The position numbers and the translations under genes were made by a program. 45,550 bases of DNA from Candidatus Rokuibacteriota bacterium. GTDB lineage: Bacteria > Methylomirabilota > Methylomirabilia > Rokubacteriales > CSP1-6. The stretch covers positions 1-45,550 of the forward strand of contig JACPCX010000117.1 of assembly GCA_016184305.1 (NCBI GenBank). The letters run 5' to 3'. Below are positions 36,917-45,550 of this stretch, in pieces. The notes beneath the pieces were generated by a model. That model made no database searches, had not been told where the DNA came from, and saw only the letters and a list, made by a program, of their open reading frames with translations. How positions within the stretch are numbered: position 1 is the first letter of the stretch; each line of letters opens with the position of its first letter.

Positions 36917-37819
36917 TTACGAGACCCGATCCCACACGGCGCCGGCCGTGTCGACGGGCAGGACCAGCGCCCGTCCCTCGACGCCTGCCCTGCGCAGCGC
37001 CCCCTCCATCGCCTCCGCGACACGCCCGGGCGAGTCGGTCACCGCCGCCAGGAGCGACGGACCGGCACCGCTCAGCACGCATCCGAGTGCCCCCGCCTCC
37101 AGGCCCGCAGCGACGGTACCCGGAAGCCACGGGAAGAGCGGCCACCGGTACGGCTGGTGCAGCCGATCCTCCATGGCGACCGGGAGCAGATCGCTCCGCC
37201 CGGCACCGAGCGCTGCCAGAAACAGGCTCACGCGCTGGAGATTGAACACGGCATCCGCTCGCGACACGCGGTCGGGCAGTACCGCGCGAGCCTCGCGCGT
37301 GGACCCCTCCGTCTCGGGAACGAGCACCACCCAGTGGATGTTCCCGGGGACGGGCACCGAGGCAGCGGCGACGCGATCGCCGGCCCAGCAGGAGACCGTG
37401 AGCCCGCCCAGCAGCGCCGCCGTCACGTTGTCGGGGTGCCCCTCGGCGCGCGCGGCCAGGGAGAGGAGGGCCTCCCGGTCCAGCGGGGCGCCGCAGAGCG
37501 CATTGCCCCCCACAAGCCCGCCCACCCAGGCCGCGGCGCTCGAGCCGAGACCGCGGCTCGGTGGGATCCGATTCACGCAGTGAAGCTGCACGCCTTTCCA
37601 GGGGCGCCCCGCAGCCTCGAACGCCATGCGGGCTCCGCGCACGACCACGTTGTCGCCGCCCGTCTCGATGCGGCCCGCCCCCTCGCCCTCGATGGACACC
37701 GACACCCCGTCGGACTCCTCGAAGGTCATCTCGTTGTGAAGCGCCAGGGCGAGGCCCAGGACGTCGAAGCCCGGGCCCAGGTTGGCGGAGGTGGCGGGGA
37801 CGCGGATCCGGACGCGCAT
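36917..37819 (-). CDS. thrB: Homoserine kinase
   Basis: VPATSANLGPGFD, PPSRGLGSS, EGHPDN, LSGAGP. Confidence 0.95.
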   Translation of the reverse strand: MRVRIRVPATSANLGPGFDVLGLALALHNEMTFEESDGVSVSIEGEGAGRIETGGDNVVVRGARMAFEAAGRPWKGVQLHCVNRIPPSRGLGSSAAAWVGGLVGGNALCGAPLDREALLSLAARAEGHPDNVTAALLGGLTVSCWAGDRVAAASVPVPGNIHWVVLVPETEGSTREARAVLPDRVSRADAVFNLQRVSLFLAALGAGRSDLLPVAMEDRLHQPYRWPLFPWLPGTVAAGLEAGALGCVLSGAGPSLLAAVTDSPGRVAEAMEGALRRAGVEGRALVLPVDTAGAVWDRVS

Positions 37820-38556
37820 CAGAGGCGCTTGAGGAGCCACTCGGGGGTGAGGCCGATGGCCCAGGCGTTCAGCACGACATAGTAGTTGCTGGCGACCAGG
37901 ACACCGACGGCGATGAGCAGGACGCCGGCCACGCGCTCCACGACGGGGAGCAGCGGGCGGTAGCGCTTGAAGAACTTGAGGAAGGCGCCGAGCCCGAGCG
38001 AGAAGAGGAGGAATGGCAACCCGAGTCCCGCGGAGTACGCCAGGAGGAGCCCCACACCCTCGCTCACGGTCTTTTCGTTGCTCGCCAGCGTGAGGATCGA
38101 GCCGAGGATGGGGCCCACGCATGGCGTCCAGCCGATGGCAAAGGTGAGCCCGACGGCGAAGGACCCGAGGAGCCCGGCCGGCTTGCTCTGGATCTGGAAC
38201 TGATGCGTCCGGCCGAGCGCCCCCAGCCTCAGGATCCCGGCGATGTACAGGCCGAAGATCACGATCAGGCTCCCGCCCGCGATGCGGATCCAGTCGCGGT
38301 AGTCGAGGAGGAACTGCCCGGCGGCGCTGAACGAAGCCCCCAGGCTCACGAACACCGCGGTGAAGCCCACGATGAAGGCCAGCGAGTGGAGCATGACCCG
38401 CGTCCGCGCAGCGGCCGTCACCTCCCCGGCGAGACGGTCCACGGACATGCCGGTGATGAAGGACAGGTAGGAGGGGAACAGCGGCAGGACACAGGGGGAC
38501 AGGAAGGAGAAAAGCCCAGCGGTGAACGCGACAATGACGCCCAGGGACTCAGGCAC
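37819..38556 (-). CDS. ccdA: Cytochrome c biogenesis protein CcdA
   Basis: SFLSPCVLP and GWTPCVGP. Confidence 0.93.
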   Translation of the reverse strand: MPESLGVIVAFTAGLFSFLSPCVLPLFPSYLSFITGMSVDRLAGEVTAAARTRVMLHSLAFIVGFTAVFVSLGASFSAAGQFLLDYRDWIRIAGGSLIVIFGLYIAGILRLGALGRTHQFQIQSKPAGLLGSFAVGLTFAIGWTPCVGPILGSILTLASNEKTVSEGVGLLLAYSAGLGLPFLLFSLGLGAFLKFFKRYRPLLPVVERVAGVLLIAVGVLVASNYYVVLNAWAIGLTPEWLLKRL

Positions 38557-38566
38557 TTGGAACTTC

Positions 38567-39106
38567 CTATCTCAGCATGGACTCAAAGAGCGACTGCGCC
38601 GCCTTGCCATCCCACTCCCGCGGCCCCAGGGCGATCAGCGACAGGTTCCCCTGGCGGTCGATAATCATGGTGGAGGGCAGCGCCCGGACCCCATAGAGCC
38701 CCGCCACCGCCCCCTTCCGGTCGAGCCCGATCGGAAAGGTGAGCGCGTGCTGCTTCACGAAGGGGTCGACCACCGAGGCCCCTTCGGAGTCCATCGAGAT
38801 CGCCAGGACCACGAGCCCCTGCGCCTTGTACTTCCGGTAGAGACGCTCCATGGCCGGCATCTCCTCCTTGCAGGGAGGACACCAGGTCGCCCAGAAGTTG
38901 AGGAACACGACCTTGCCCCGGAAGTCCGACAGCTTCACCGAGCCCCCGTCCGGGGCGGAGGTCTCGAAATCCTTCGTCTGCTGCACGCGCTGGAGCTTGA
39001 TGAGATCGAGCGCCTTCACCGGATCCTGCGCGCCCACGGGTCCCCCCAGCGAGACGACAACAAGGAGGGCCAGGACAAGGATCGCGGCAACGGCGCGGCC
39101 TGACAT
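38567..39106 (-). CDS. TlpA/ResA-like thiol-disulfide oxidoreductase
   Basis: Signal anchor; NFWATWCPPCKEEMP; TATACT 6 nt before ATG (leaderless). Confidence 0.92.
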   Translation of the reverse strand: MSGRAVAAILVLALLVVVSLGGPVGAQDPVKALDLIKLQRVQQTKDFETSAPDGGSVKLSDFRGKVVFLNFWATWCPPCKEEMPAMERLYRKYKAQGLVVLAISMDSEGASVVDPFVKQHALTFPIGLDRKGAVAGLYGVRALPSTMIIDRQGNLSLIALGPREWDGKAAQSLFESMLR

Positions 39107-39175
39107 GACCGCAGTATATCGCGGGCCGCTCAAGGGGCCATGGGGGTGCCGTCTGTGATAGGGTTCAGACCATCG

Positions 39176-40381
39176 ATGCCCCTCACCATCCTCGCCGACG
39201 ACCTCACGGGTGCCTGCGACTCGGGCGCCCTCTTCGCGGGCCGCGGCCGCGTGGGCCTCTTCGTGGAGCCCGCCTCGCCCGGCCCTGAGTGGGCGGTCGC
39301 TGTCGTGGACACCGAGAGCCGCACCCGCCCGCCAGCAGAAGCCGCCGAGGGGGTGCGACTGGCCGCCAGCCGGATCACTGAACGCCTGCGCGAGGGACGC
39401 GTCTTCAAGAAGATCGATTCCACCATGCGGGGCGCGGTAGGGCCGGAGGTGGAGGCCCTCCTCGTTGCCGCCCAGGCCAGGACCGCGCTCGTCTGCCCCG
39501 CCTTCCCGGCCGAGGGCCGCACGGTCGTCGGCGGCATCCTGCGCGTCCACGGCATCCCCGCTCACGAATCCGCGGTGGGACGCGACCCCGACTACCCCGC
39601 CCCGACCTCCGACCTCCTCGAGATCCTGCAGAAACAGGTCCCCCGCCCCGTGGCCCATCTCCCGCTCGAGGTGGTCCGCGGCGGGGACGACGGACTCCGC
39701 CGCGCCGTCGAGCGGACCACGGCGCCCCTGGTGGTCGCCGATGCCGAGCGCGACGCCGATCTCGACGCGCTGGTCCGGGCCGGCATTGGCCTGCCCGGGA
39801 TTCTCCTCGCCGGCTCGGCGGGATTGGCCCGCCGGCTCGCGACCGCGCTCGGGCACGCGAGCGACCCCGTGCCCCTGCCGGCGAGGCGGGGCTGGCTCAT
39901 CGTCTCGGGCAGCCTCCATCCCGCGACGGGCGCTCAGATCGAGGCCCTGACCGCGGCCGGGTTGCGAGGTATCTGGGTCGAGGCGGGCGGTGCGCCGCCC
40001 GATCCAGCCGACGTCGTCGCCGCGCTCGCGGCTCACGCGCCGGCCTTCATCGCCGCGAAAGAGCCCGCGGCGTCGCCGGGCCCACGCGAGCGCGCCGGCA
40101 TGGCCGAGCGGCTGGCCCGCGTCGCGGCAGGAGTGCTGGCGGCCGCCACACCCGATCTCGTCTGCGCCACCGGGGGCGAGACGGCGCTGGCCCTGGTGCG
40201 CGCCCTCGCCGCCACTCGGCTGGAGCTCCTCGGGAGCCCCGGGCCCGGGCTCGCCCTCGCCGAGGTCATGCGTCACAACCCTGTGGGTCTGCATGGGCCG
40301 GGGCTCTTCCTCCTCACCAAGGCCGGCGGCTTCGGCCCGCCCGACCTGTTCATGACTCTCATCAGAGGAACCCCGCGATGA
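39176..40381 (+). CDS. Four-carbon acid sugar kinase (DUF1537 family)
   Basis: ILADDLTGACD, FKKIDSTMRG, CPAFP..GR, ATGGETA, TKAGGFG. Confidence 0.92.
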   Translation: MPLTILADDLTGACDSGALFAGRGRVGLFVEPASPGPEWAVAVVDTESRTRPPAEAAEGVRLAASRITERLREGRVFKKIDSTMRGAVGPEVEALLVAAQARTALVCPAFPAEGRTVVGGILRVHGIPAHESAVGRDPDYPAPTSDLLEILQKQVPRPVAHLPLEVVRGGDDGLRRAVERTTAPLVVADAERDADLDALVRAGIGLPGILLAGSAGLARRLATALGHASDPVPLPARRGWLIVSGSLHPATGAQIEALTAAGLRGIWVEAGGAPPDPADVVAALAAHAPAFIAAKEPAASPGPRERAGMAERLARVAAGVLAAATPDLVCATGGETALALVRALAATRLELLGSPGPGLALAEVMRHNPVGLHGPGLFLLTKAGGFGPPDLFMTLIRGTPR

Positions 40382-41511
40382 GCGCAGCTCTTCCCCTGCT
40401 CGGCATCACCATGGGCGATCCGGCCGGCGTCGGCCCGGAGATCACGGCCAAGGCGCTCGCCCACCCGCCCGTCGCCTCGGCGTGCCGGGCCGTCGTGATC
40501 GGCGACGGCGCCACCATGCAGGCGACTGTCGATCTCCTCCACTCCTCGCTCCGGCTCCACGCGGTCGGGTCCGTCACCGAGTGCGCCTTCGCCCCCGGCA
40601 TGATCGAGTGCCTCGATCTCCGGAACGTGGACCCCGCCACGCTCCCCAAGGGCGCGGTGAGCCCCGAGGCGGGACGGGCCGCCTACGCCTACATCGAGAC
40701 GGCGGTGACGCTCTGCCAGGCCGGTCAGCTCGACGGCATCGTCACCGCGCCCATCAACAAGGAGGCGCTGGCGGCGGCGGGGCGGGAGCACACCGGGCAC
40801 ACGGAGATCCTCGCCCGGCTGTCCGGGACCCGGAACTTCGCCATGCTGTTGATGGGGCCGGACCTCCGGGTGATCCACGTCACGACCCACGTGGCGCTCA
40901 GGCGGGTGCCGGACCTCGTGACGCGTGACCGCGTGCTGCGCGTCGTGCGCCTCGCCCAGCAGACCATGACGAGCCTCGGGGTGGGCCGGCCCCGGATCGC
41001 GGTCTGCGGGCTCAACCCGCATGCGGGCGAGGACGGTCTCTTCGGCGACGAGGAGCAGCGGGAGATCATCCCCGCCATCGAGGCCGCGCGCCGCGAGGGG
41101 CTCGACGTCCACGGGCCGCTGCCGGCGGACACGCTCTTCTCCCGCGCGCGGGGCGGCGAGTTCGACATCGTCGTCGCCATGTACCACGACCAGGGGCATG
41201 TGCCGGTGAAGACGCTGGGCTTCACCTACGACCAGAAAACCGGCACCTGGACGGGATTGTCCGGCGTCAACGTGACGGTGGGGCTGCCGTTCCTCCGGGT
41301 GTCGGTGGATCACGGCACGGCCTTCGACCGCGCCTGGAAGGGCATCGCGAACCCCGAGAGCATGATCGAGGCGATCACCGTGGCCGCTCGCTTCCTGGCG
41401 AGCGGGACCGGAGAGAAACCCTCACACGCCGCCCGACTTCTCCCGCGATCCGGCCGACCGACTGATCGGCGCCACCGCCCGGGCCGAGGGTCTTCCGCTG
41501 GTCACCCGTGA
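40378..41511 (+). CDS. pdxA: 4-hydroxythreonine-4-phosphate dehydrogenase family (PdxA/PdxA2), aberrant C-terminal extension
   Basis: TMGDPAGVGPE, TAPINK, GHTE, NPHAGE, MYHDQG, SVDHGTAFD. Confidence 0.92.
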   Translation: MSAALPLLGITMGDPAGVGPEITAKALAHPPVASACRAVVIGDGATMQATVDLLHSSLRLHAVGSVTECAFAPGMIECLDLRNVDPATLPKGAVSPEAGRAAYAYIETAVTLCQAGQLDGIVTAPINKEALAAAGREHTGHTEILARLSGTRNFAMLLMGPDLRVIHVTTHVALRRVPDLVTRDRVLRVVRLAQQTMTSLGVGRPRIAVCGLNPHAGEDGLFGDEEQREIIPAIEAARREGLDVHGPLPADTLFSRARGGEFDIVVAMYHDQGHVPVKTLGFTYDQKTGTWTGLSGVNVTVGLPFLRVSVDHGTAFDRAWKGIANPESMIEAITVAARFLASGTGEKPSHAARLLPRSGRPTDRRHRPGRGSSAGHP

Positions 41512-41554
41512 CCGGCAGATCCAAGCCAGTCCCCTCCTGAAAACCATCTGGTGA
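41429..41554 (+). pseudogene. C-terminal remnant of a VapC/PIN toxin
   Basis: Manual translation PPDFSRDPADRLIGATARAEGLPLVTRDRQIQASPLLKTIW*; no N-terminus. Confidence 0.75.
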
Positions 41555-41599
41555 GGGCGCTGCCGGAGCGCCTTGACACGCCGTGCGGTCCTGCTCAGA

Positions 41600-42440
41600 A
41601 GAAGCCTGCAGATGTACAACAGCACCAGCGCCAGCACGACGAAGATCGTCGAGACGGCGTTGATGGCGGGATCGAAGTTGTACTCCGTGCAGTTGAAGAT
41701 CCGGAACGGCAGCGTCGCCCGCCAGAAGGTCTGGAGCGGCGTCGCCCCGAGGTTCTGGACCGCGCGCTCGAGGTGCGGGTCGAGGTTGCGCACGCTGATC
41801 GAGACGAGCCGCACCGTGTAGGGGAGCGTCACGATGAGGTGGCCCACCACCAGGCCCGACAGCGAGTTGATCAGCCCCAGCGCGCCAGGGACAGGTCGTA
41901 GTGGATCGAGAGCTGGGGGTCCATCCAGGCCAGGCTCCGCCGGAACAGGTCGAGCGACGGGATCACGAAGACCACCACCACGAGCGCGAGCGCCGGGGCC
42001 AGCAGGCCGGCCGCCGCCAGGCGCGGCCGCCAGAGCCGGGTCACGCGACGGTCTCCTCCAGGCGCGCCCGCGAGCCCGGGAGCACGATGGTGTCCTCCGG
42101 CGACCACGCCACCACGACCGGGTCGCCGTCGCGGAACGAGGGGACCGCGCTCGGGATCTGCTCGACGACCCGCAGGCCGGAGTCGTCGGCCAGCCGCCCC
42201 TCGTACTCGGCGTTCGTCCCCAGGGAGACGGTGTAGGCGATCCGGCCGGACACCGCGTTGATCCGGTCGGGCGGCGCCGTCCGGTGGAGGGTCGCGCTCT
42301 CGGCCCGGAGCACGACCGAGACCGCCGCGCCGGCGTCGAGCGTCCCCTCGTACGTCGCCTGGATGGTGTGCGGCCCGACCCGGACCACGAGCGCGCCGCC
42401 CTGGCGCCCGGCGACCTCGCCGAAGAGGTAGAGGGCCTCA
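41600..42440 (-). pseudogene. Deleted PotABC-like ABC transporter remnants (ATPase TOBE end, permease 1 start, permease 2 pieces)
   Basis: TOBE-like ...DGDPVVVAWSPEDTIVL; LLAPALALVVVVFVIP; GHLIVTLPYTVR...LERAVQNLGA...TLP|FRIFN...DPAINAVST; boundaries approximate. Confidence 0.75.
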
Positions 42441-42624
42441 CGCGGCCCCATGCAGCGGGTATCCAGGACCCCCTGAAAGACCCCAGCGTCGTCGAGTCGC
42501 CGGCCCCGGAGCCCTCCCGGGAGCCGACACCGCCCGGCTCTGATCCGGCTCCTGCGGCGATCCTGCTCTCGGGACAGGGGCGTCGTCAAGGGCCGCGGGA
42601 GCGGCGCAGACGGCTGCCCTGGCG

Positions 42625-42789
42625 TCAGTCGCCGCCGTCCTCCAATTCAGGCTCGTCGGGCGCTCCACAAATCTGGATGTGGCACAAGAGCAGCGTCCTG
42701 ACGGTGTGCTCCGAGGATGACATGATCGCCTGGTCGCAGCGAGGGCACCGGAGTACCTCCCAATTTGGCGGCTTCGGCTCAGGAGTCAT
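42625..42789 (-). CDS. Small hypothetical protein with possible C2HC zinc site
   Basis: CPRC...CHIQIC; GAGGGA upstream of ATG. Confidence 0.35.
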   Translation of the reverse strand: MTPEPKPPNWEVLRCPRCDQAIMSSSEHTVRTLLLCHIQICGAPDEPELEDGGD

Positions 42790-42974
42790 GGGCGTCCCTC
42801 GCCACGACGGCCGGTCTCGCGACCCCCTCGGCCGCGAGGATCGGTTGCTGTGCACAGTCTGTGGTCATAGGGGCTCCTCGTGTCTTGCCATCGAAGCATC
42901 CAGCCATAGCAGCTAAGCACCGTCGCGCGGCGCGGTGGCTGCTTTGTCTCAACGTTCCAGCAGAAACCATCCTG

Positions 42975-43133
42975 CCGCCCCACGGTCCGAGCCGAGTGCG
43001 CGGCGTGCGCGCGCCAGTTCTCGGTGTACCGGGCGGCCAGCACCGTGTCGTGGATCACGAGCAAGTTCTCGGCGTGCTTCTGTTCTGCCGCCGTCGTGAA
43101 GTTGAAGGAGCCCGTGATGGCGGTCTCCCCATG
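42975..43133 (-). pseudogene. C-terminal remnant of a PLD-family (Nuc-like) nuclease
   Basis: GETAITGSFNFTTAAEQKHAENLLVIHD..LAARYTENW..H; HxK part absent. Confidence 0.75.
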
Positions 43134-43265
43134 TTCCCGCGTGAATGATTGCCGAACTCGCACGCCGGGCTGTACATGAGGGCGAGATCGGTGTATCTGT
43201 TCACCCAGGTCAGCCCGCGGCCAGGTCACACGCGTGGCCGTCGCGGCGGCCGAGGGAGACCCAGG

Positions 43266-44153
43266 GTGCGCTACGAAGGGCTCGTCTACCGCCCCCCGAG
43301 CGAGGCGGGGTCGCTGATCATCCAGGCGACCTTGGCATGTCCGCACAACAAGTGCGCGTTCTGCGGGATGTACAAGGGCCGGACGTTCCGGGTGCGTCCG
43401 CTGGAAGCGATCGTCGAGGACCTGGATATCGCCCTCGACGCATACGGGCCGCACCGCGTTCGCACGATGTTCCTGGCCGACGGCAATACGGCCGTCCTGC
43501 CCGCGGACAAGTTGATCGCCATCGGCGAAGCGGCCCGGGCCCGCTTCCCGCAGCTGCAGCGCATCACGATGTACGGGTCGGCGAAGTTCCTCGCGCGGAA
43601 GAGCCTCGAGCAGTGGCGCGCGGTGGTAGCAGCGGGCATCACCCGCATCCACTCGGGCCTGGAGTCGGGCGACGCGGCGACGCTGCGCGCGATCAACAAG
43701 GGGGTGACGCCGGAAGGCGCGGTCGAGGCCTACCGTCACGTCATGGCCGCCGGGATCGAGCTGTCCGTCTACCTCATGGTGGGCGTGGCGGGTACGGAAG
43801 GCTGGCGGGAACACGCGCTGGGCAGCGCCCGGGTCCTCACCCAGGCGCCCCCGACATTCGTCCGCTTGCGGACCTTCGTGCCGCAGCCCGGCACGCCGTG
43901 GCACGACCGGTGGCGCGACGGACACCTCACCTTGCTGTCGGCGCACCAGGCCCTCCAGGAAACCCGCCTGCTGATCGAGCACCTCGACGGCCCCACGACC
44001 CTGCTCTCCGACCATGTCTCGAACTTCCTCGACGTTCGCGGACGGATCCCCGAGGACCGGCGGGCGATGCTGGCGCAGATCGACGAGGCCCTGCAGTGGC
44101 CCGCCACGGCATTTCGACCTCCCACGGAGCGGCTGGTCGGGCTGGGGTTGTGA
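43266..44153 (+). CDS. Radical SAM protein
   Basis: (M)RYEGLVYRPPSEA.SLIIQAT..CPHNKCAFC (CxxxCxxC), FLADGN, GLESG, SDHVSN. Confidence 0.92.
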   Translation: MRYEGLVYRPPSEAGSLIIQATLACPHNKCAFCGMYKGRTFRVRPLEAIVEDLDIALDAYGPHRVRTMFLADGNTAVLPADKLIAIGEAARARFPQLQRITMYGSAKFLARKSLEQWRAVVAAGITRIHSGLESGDAATLRAINKGVTPEGAVEAYRHVMAAGIELSVYLMVGVAGTEGWREHALGSARVLTQAPPTFVRLRTFVPQPGTPWHDRWRDGHLTLLSAHQALQETRLLIEHLDGPTTLLSDHVSNFLDVRGRIPEDRRAMLAQIDEALQWPATAFRPPTERLVGLGL

Positions 44154-44329
44154 GCGGGCGAGATCCTCCAGCGCGCGGGCCACCGCTCGCGGTGCTGCGA
44201 ACCGATGGCCAGTTCGCCCCACGCTCCTCGGCAGGGACACGGGGCCCGGGGACGAGGGACAAGCAGGAGAGGTGACGGCCCGGGGCCCGAGGCCGCCGCC
44301 GAGGTTGTCGCCCTCAGCGAACTCCCGTC

Positions 44330-44423
44330 CCGCGGCGGCGGTGTCGCCCTGCTGGTGGTGGACGATGCCTCAGCAGTAGGTGGGCCCGCCGACGGCGACG
44401 TAGTCGAGGCCGAACTGTGCCAT
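44330..44423 (-). pseudogene. Fragment of a CCG-domain Fe-S protein with in-frame TGA
   Basis: MAQFGLDYVAVGGPTYC*GIVHHQQGDTAAA resembles a YCCG motif region. Confidence 0.5.
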
Positions 44424-44568
44424 CGGCTCCTGGAGCGGCCGGCGTCCGAGTCGGGGAGGTGACGTCACGGTGATGGGGGCCACGGACAGGGCGGCGGCAG
44501 GCTCTGTCGTCGGCGAACGCTGAGTCCGTCGAAGCGATCGACGGGGCCGGCGACTGTTCCACGGACGC

Positions 44569-45498
44569 TCAGGCGAAATGCGGCATGACCTCGGTCGCCA
44601 GCAGCTCCAGGGTTTCCGGGTCGTTCTTGTAGATCCCCGTGATGAAGAGCTGCACCCCGACGTCGCGACAGCGGCCGACCAGGTCGACCGCCTGCGGCAC
44701 GGTGACCGCGAAGCCGCGGAACGGGTCGGGCGCGTTCAGCCGCTCGCGCTTGGCCTTCAGCGCGAGCTCGTCCCGGGCAAGCAGCACGCTGGTCAGGCTC
44801 GTCCGTTCGATCTCGTCGTACGTCCGGCCCTCCCGCTCGCAGTGCCGCCGGAGCACGTCGAGCTTTCGCGCCACCGTGTCGGGATCGCCGAAGACGTTGC
44901 AGGCGTTCCCGACCCGGGCGACGGCTCGCAGCGTCAACTGCTCACCGCCGCCGCCGATCAGGATCGGCGGGTGGGGCTCCTGCACGGGCTTCGGCTCCAG
45001 GATGGCGTCCCGGACGTGAAAGTACTCCCCGTGAAACGTCGCCCGCTTCTCTTGCCACATCGTCCTGATCAGCCTGACGGCCTCTTCCATCATCCGGATG
45101 CGGACCGCGGGCCGCGGAGGGAACTCCCAGCCGTATTGCCGGTACTCCGGCTCATGCCAGCCCGCGCCGATTCCGAGCGTGAGCCGCCCGCGACTGACGA
45201 GATCGACGCCGGCGGCGATCTTGGCCAGGTGGGCCGGGTTGCGGTAGGCCACCGACGAGACCAGCGTCGCGAGACGGATCAGGCTCGTCACCGCCGCCAG
45301 CGCGGAAAGCACGGTCCAGCCCTCCATGAACGGCTCGTCCTCCGCGCCCACCCCCGGGATCTGGATCAGGTGGTCCATCACCGAGAACCACGCGAAGCCG
45401 TGAGCCTCAGCCCACTGCGCCTTGCGCGTCACGCCGGTGAAGATGTCGCGAGCATCGGGACCGAACTGCCATGAGGGATTGTGGATGCCGAATCTCAT
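44569..45498 (-). CDS. LLM-class (luciferase-like, possibly F420-dependent) oxidoreductase
   Basis: VMDHL, EGWTVLSALAA, YRNPAHLAK, LGIGAGW, PPILIGGGGE. Confidence 0.92.
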   Translation of the reverse strand: MRFGIHNPSWQFGPDARDIFTGVTRKAQWAEAHGFAWFSVMDHLIQIPGVGAEDEPFMEGWTVLSALAAVTSLIRLATLVSSVAYRNPAHLAKIAAGVDLVSRGRLTLGIGAGWHEPEYRQYGWEFPPRPAVRIRMMEEAVRLIRTMWQEKRATFHGEYFHVRDAILEPKPVQEPHPPILIGGGGEQLTLRAVARVGNACNVFGDPDTVARKLDVLRRHCEREGRTYDEIERTSLTSVLLARDELALKAKRERLNAPDPFRGFAVTVPQAVDLVGRCRDVGVQLFITGIYKNDPETLELLATEVMPHFA

Positions 45499-45550
45499 CG
45501 TGCCTCCCGGGAGCTGTCGTTGGGGCGCATCCCAGACTCTACACCCACGC

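Noticed and set aside
42786..44240. 484-aa minus-strand ORF
   Set aside because: Mostly the antisense shadow of the radical SAM gene; only the PLD-like stretch near 42975-43133 looks real
44330..44423. Third selenoprotein (YC-TGA-G in a CCG-like motif)
   Set aside because: Only about 30 codons look homologous, no convincing SECIS hairpin, and it lies in the decayed zone; a TGC-to-TGA nonsense change is simpler, though Sec cannot be excluded

Overview
High-GC bacterial chromosomal window; gene content and repeat style suggest Ca. Rokubacteria/Methylomirabilota (inference only). Left to right: branched-chain-type ABC genes; dinB, HD protein, HTH protein, cysE; a second nifS/iscU-like pair; an antisense dsrE/F/H-like sulfur-relay trio; a complete iscR-iscS-iscU-iscA-hscB-hscA-fdx-iscX operon with an IscR-type operator; a GalT-like gene lacking the catalytic His; an unannotated UxxC glutaredoxin selenoprotein; a MoxR-DUF58-vWA-TPR operon; a SenB-like GT-B glycosyltransferase; a PhnDCEE-like ABC transporter, selenocysteine-containing selD and a LysR; pdhABC-lpdA; fmdB-like, an orphan pup, dcd, thrB, ccdA, tlpA; a four-carbon acid sugar kinase with pdxA; a zone of gene fragments; a radical SAM; an LLM oxidoreductase. 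Most notable: (1) a candidate selenium uptake, selenophosphate and selenosugar locus, with two UGA-recoded genes that have SECIS-like hairpins; (2) two nested families of small non-autonomous repeats, one of which sits in frame inside pdhC; (3) an Fe-S/sulfur-relay locus with an antisense insert and an IscU paralog lacking one Cys.
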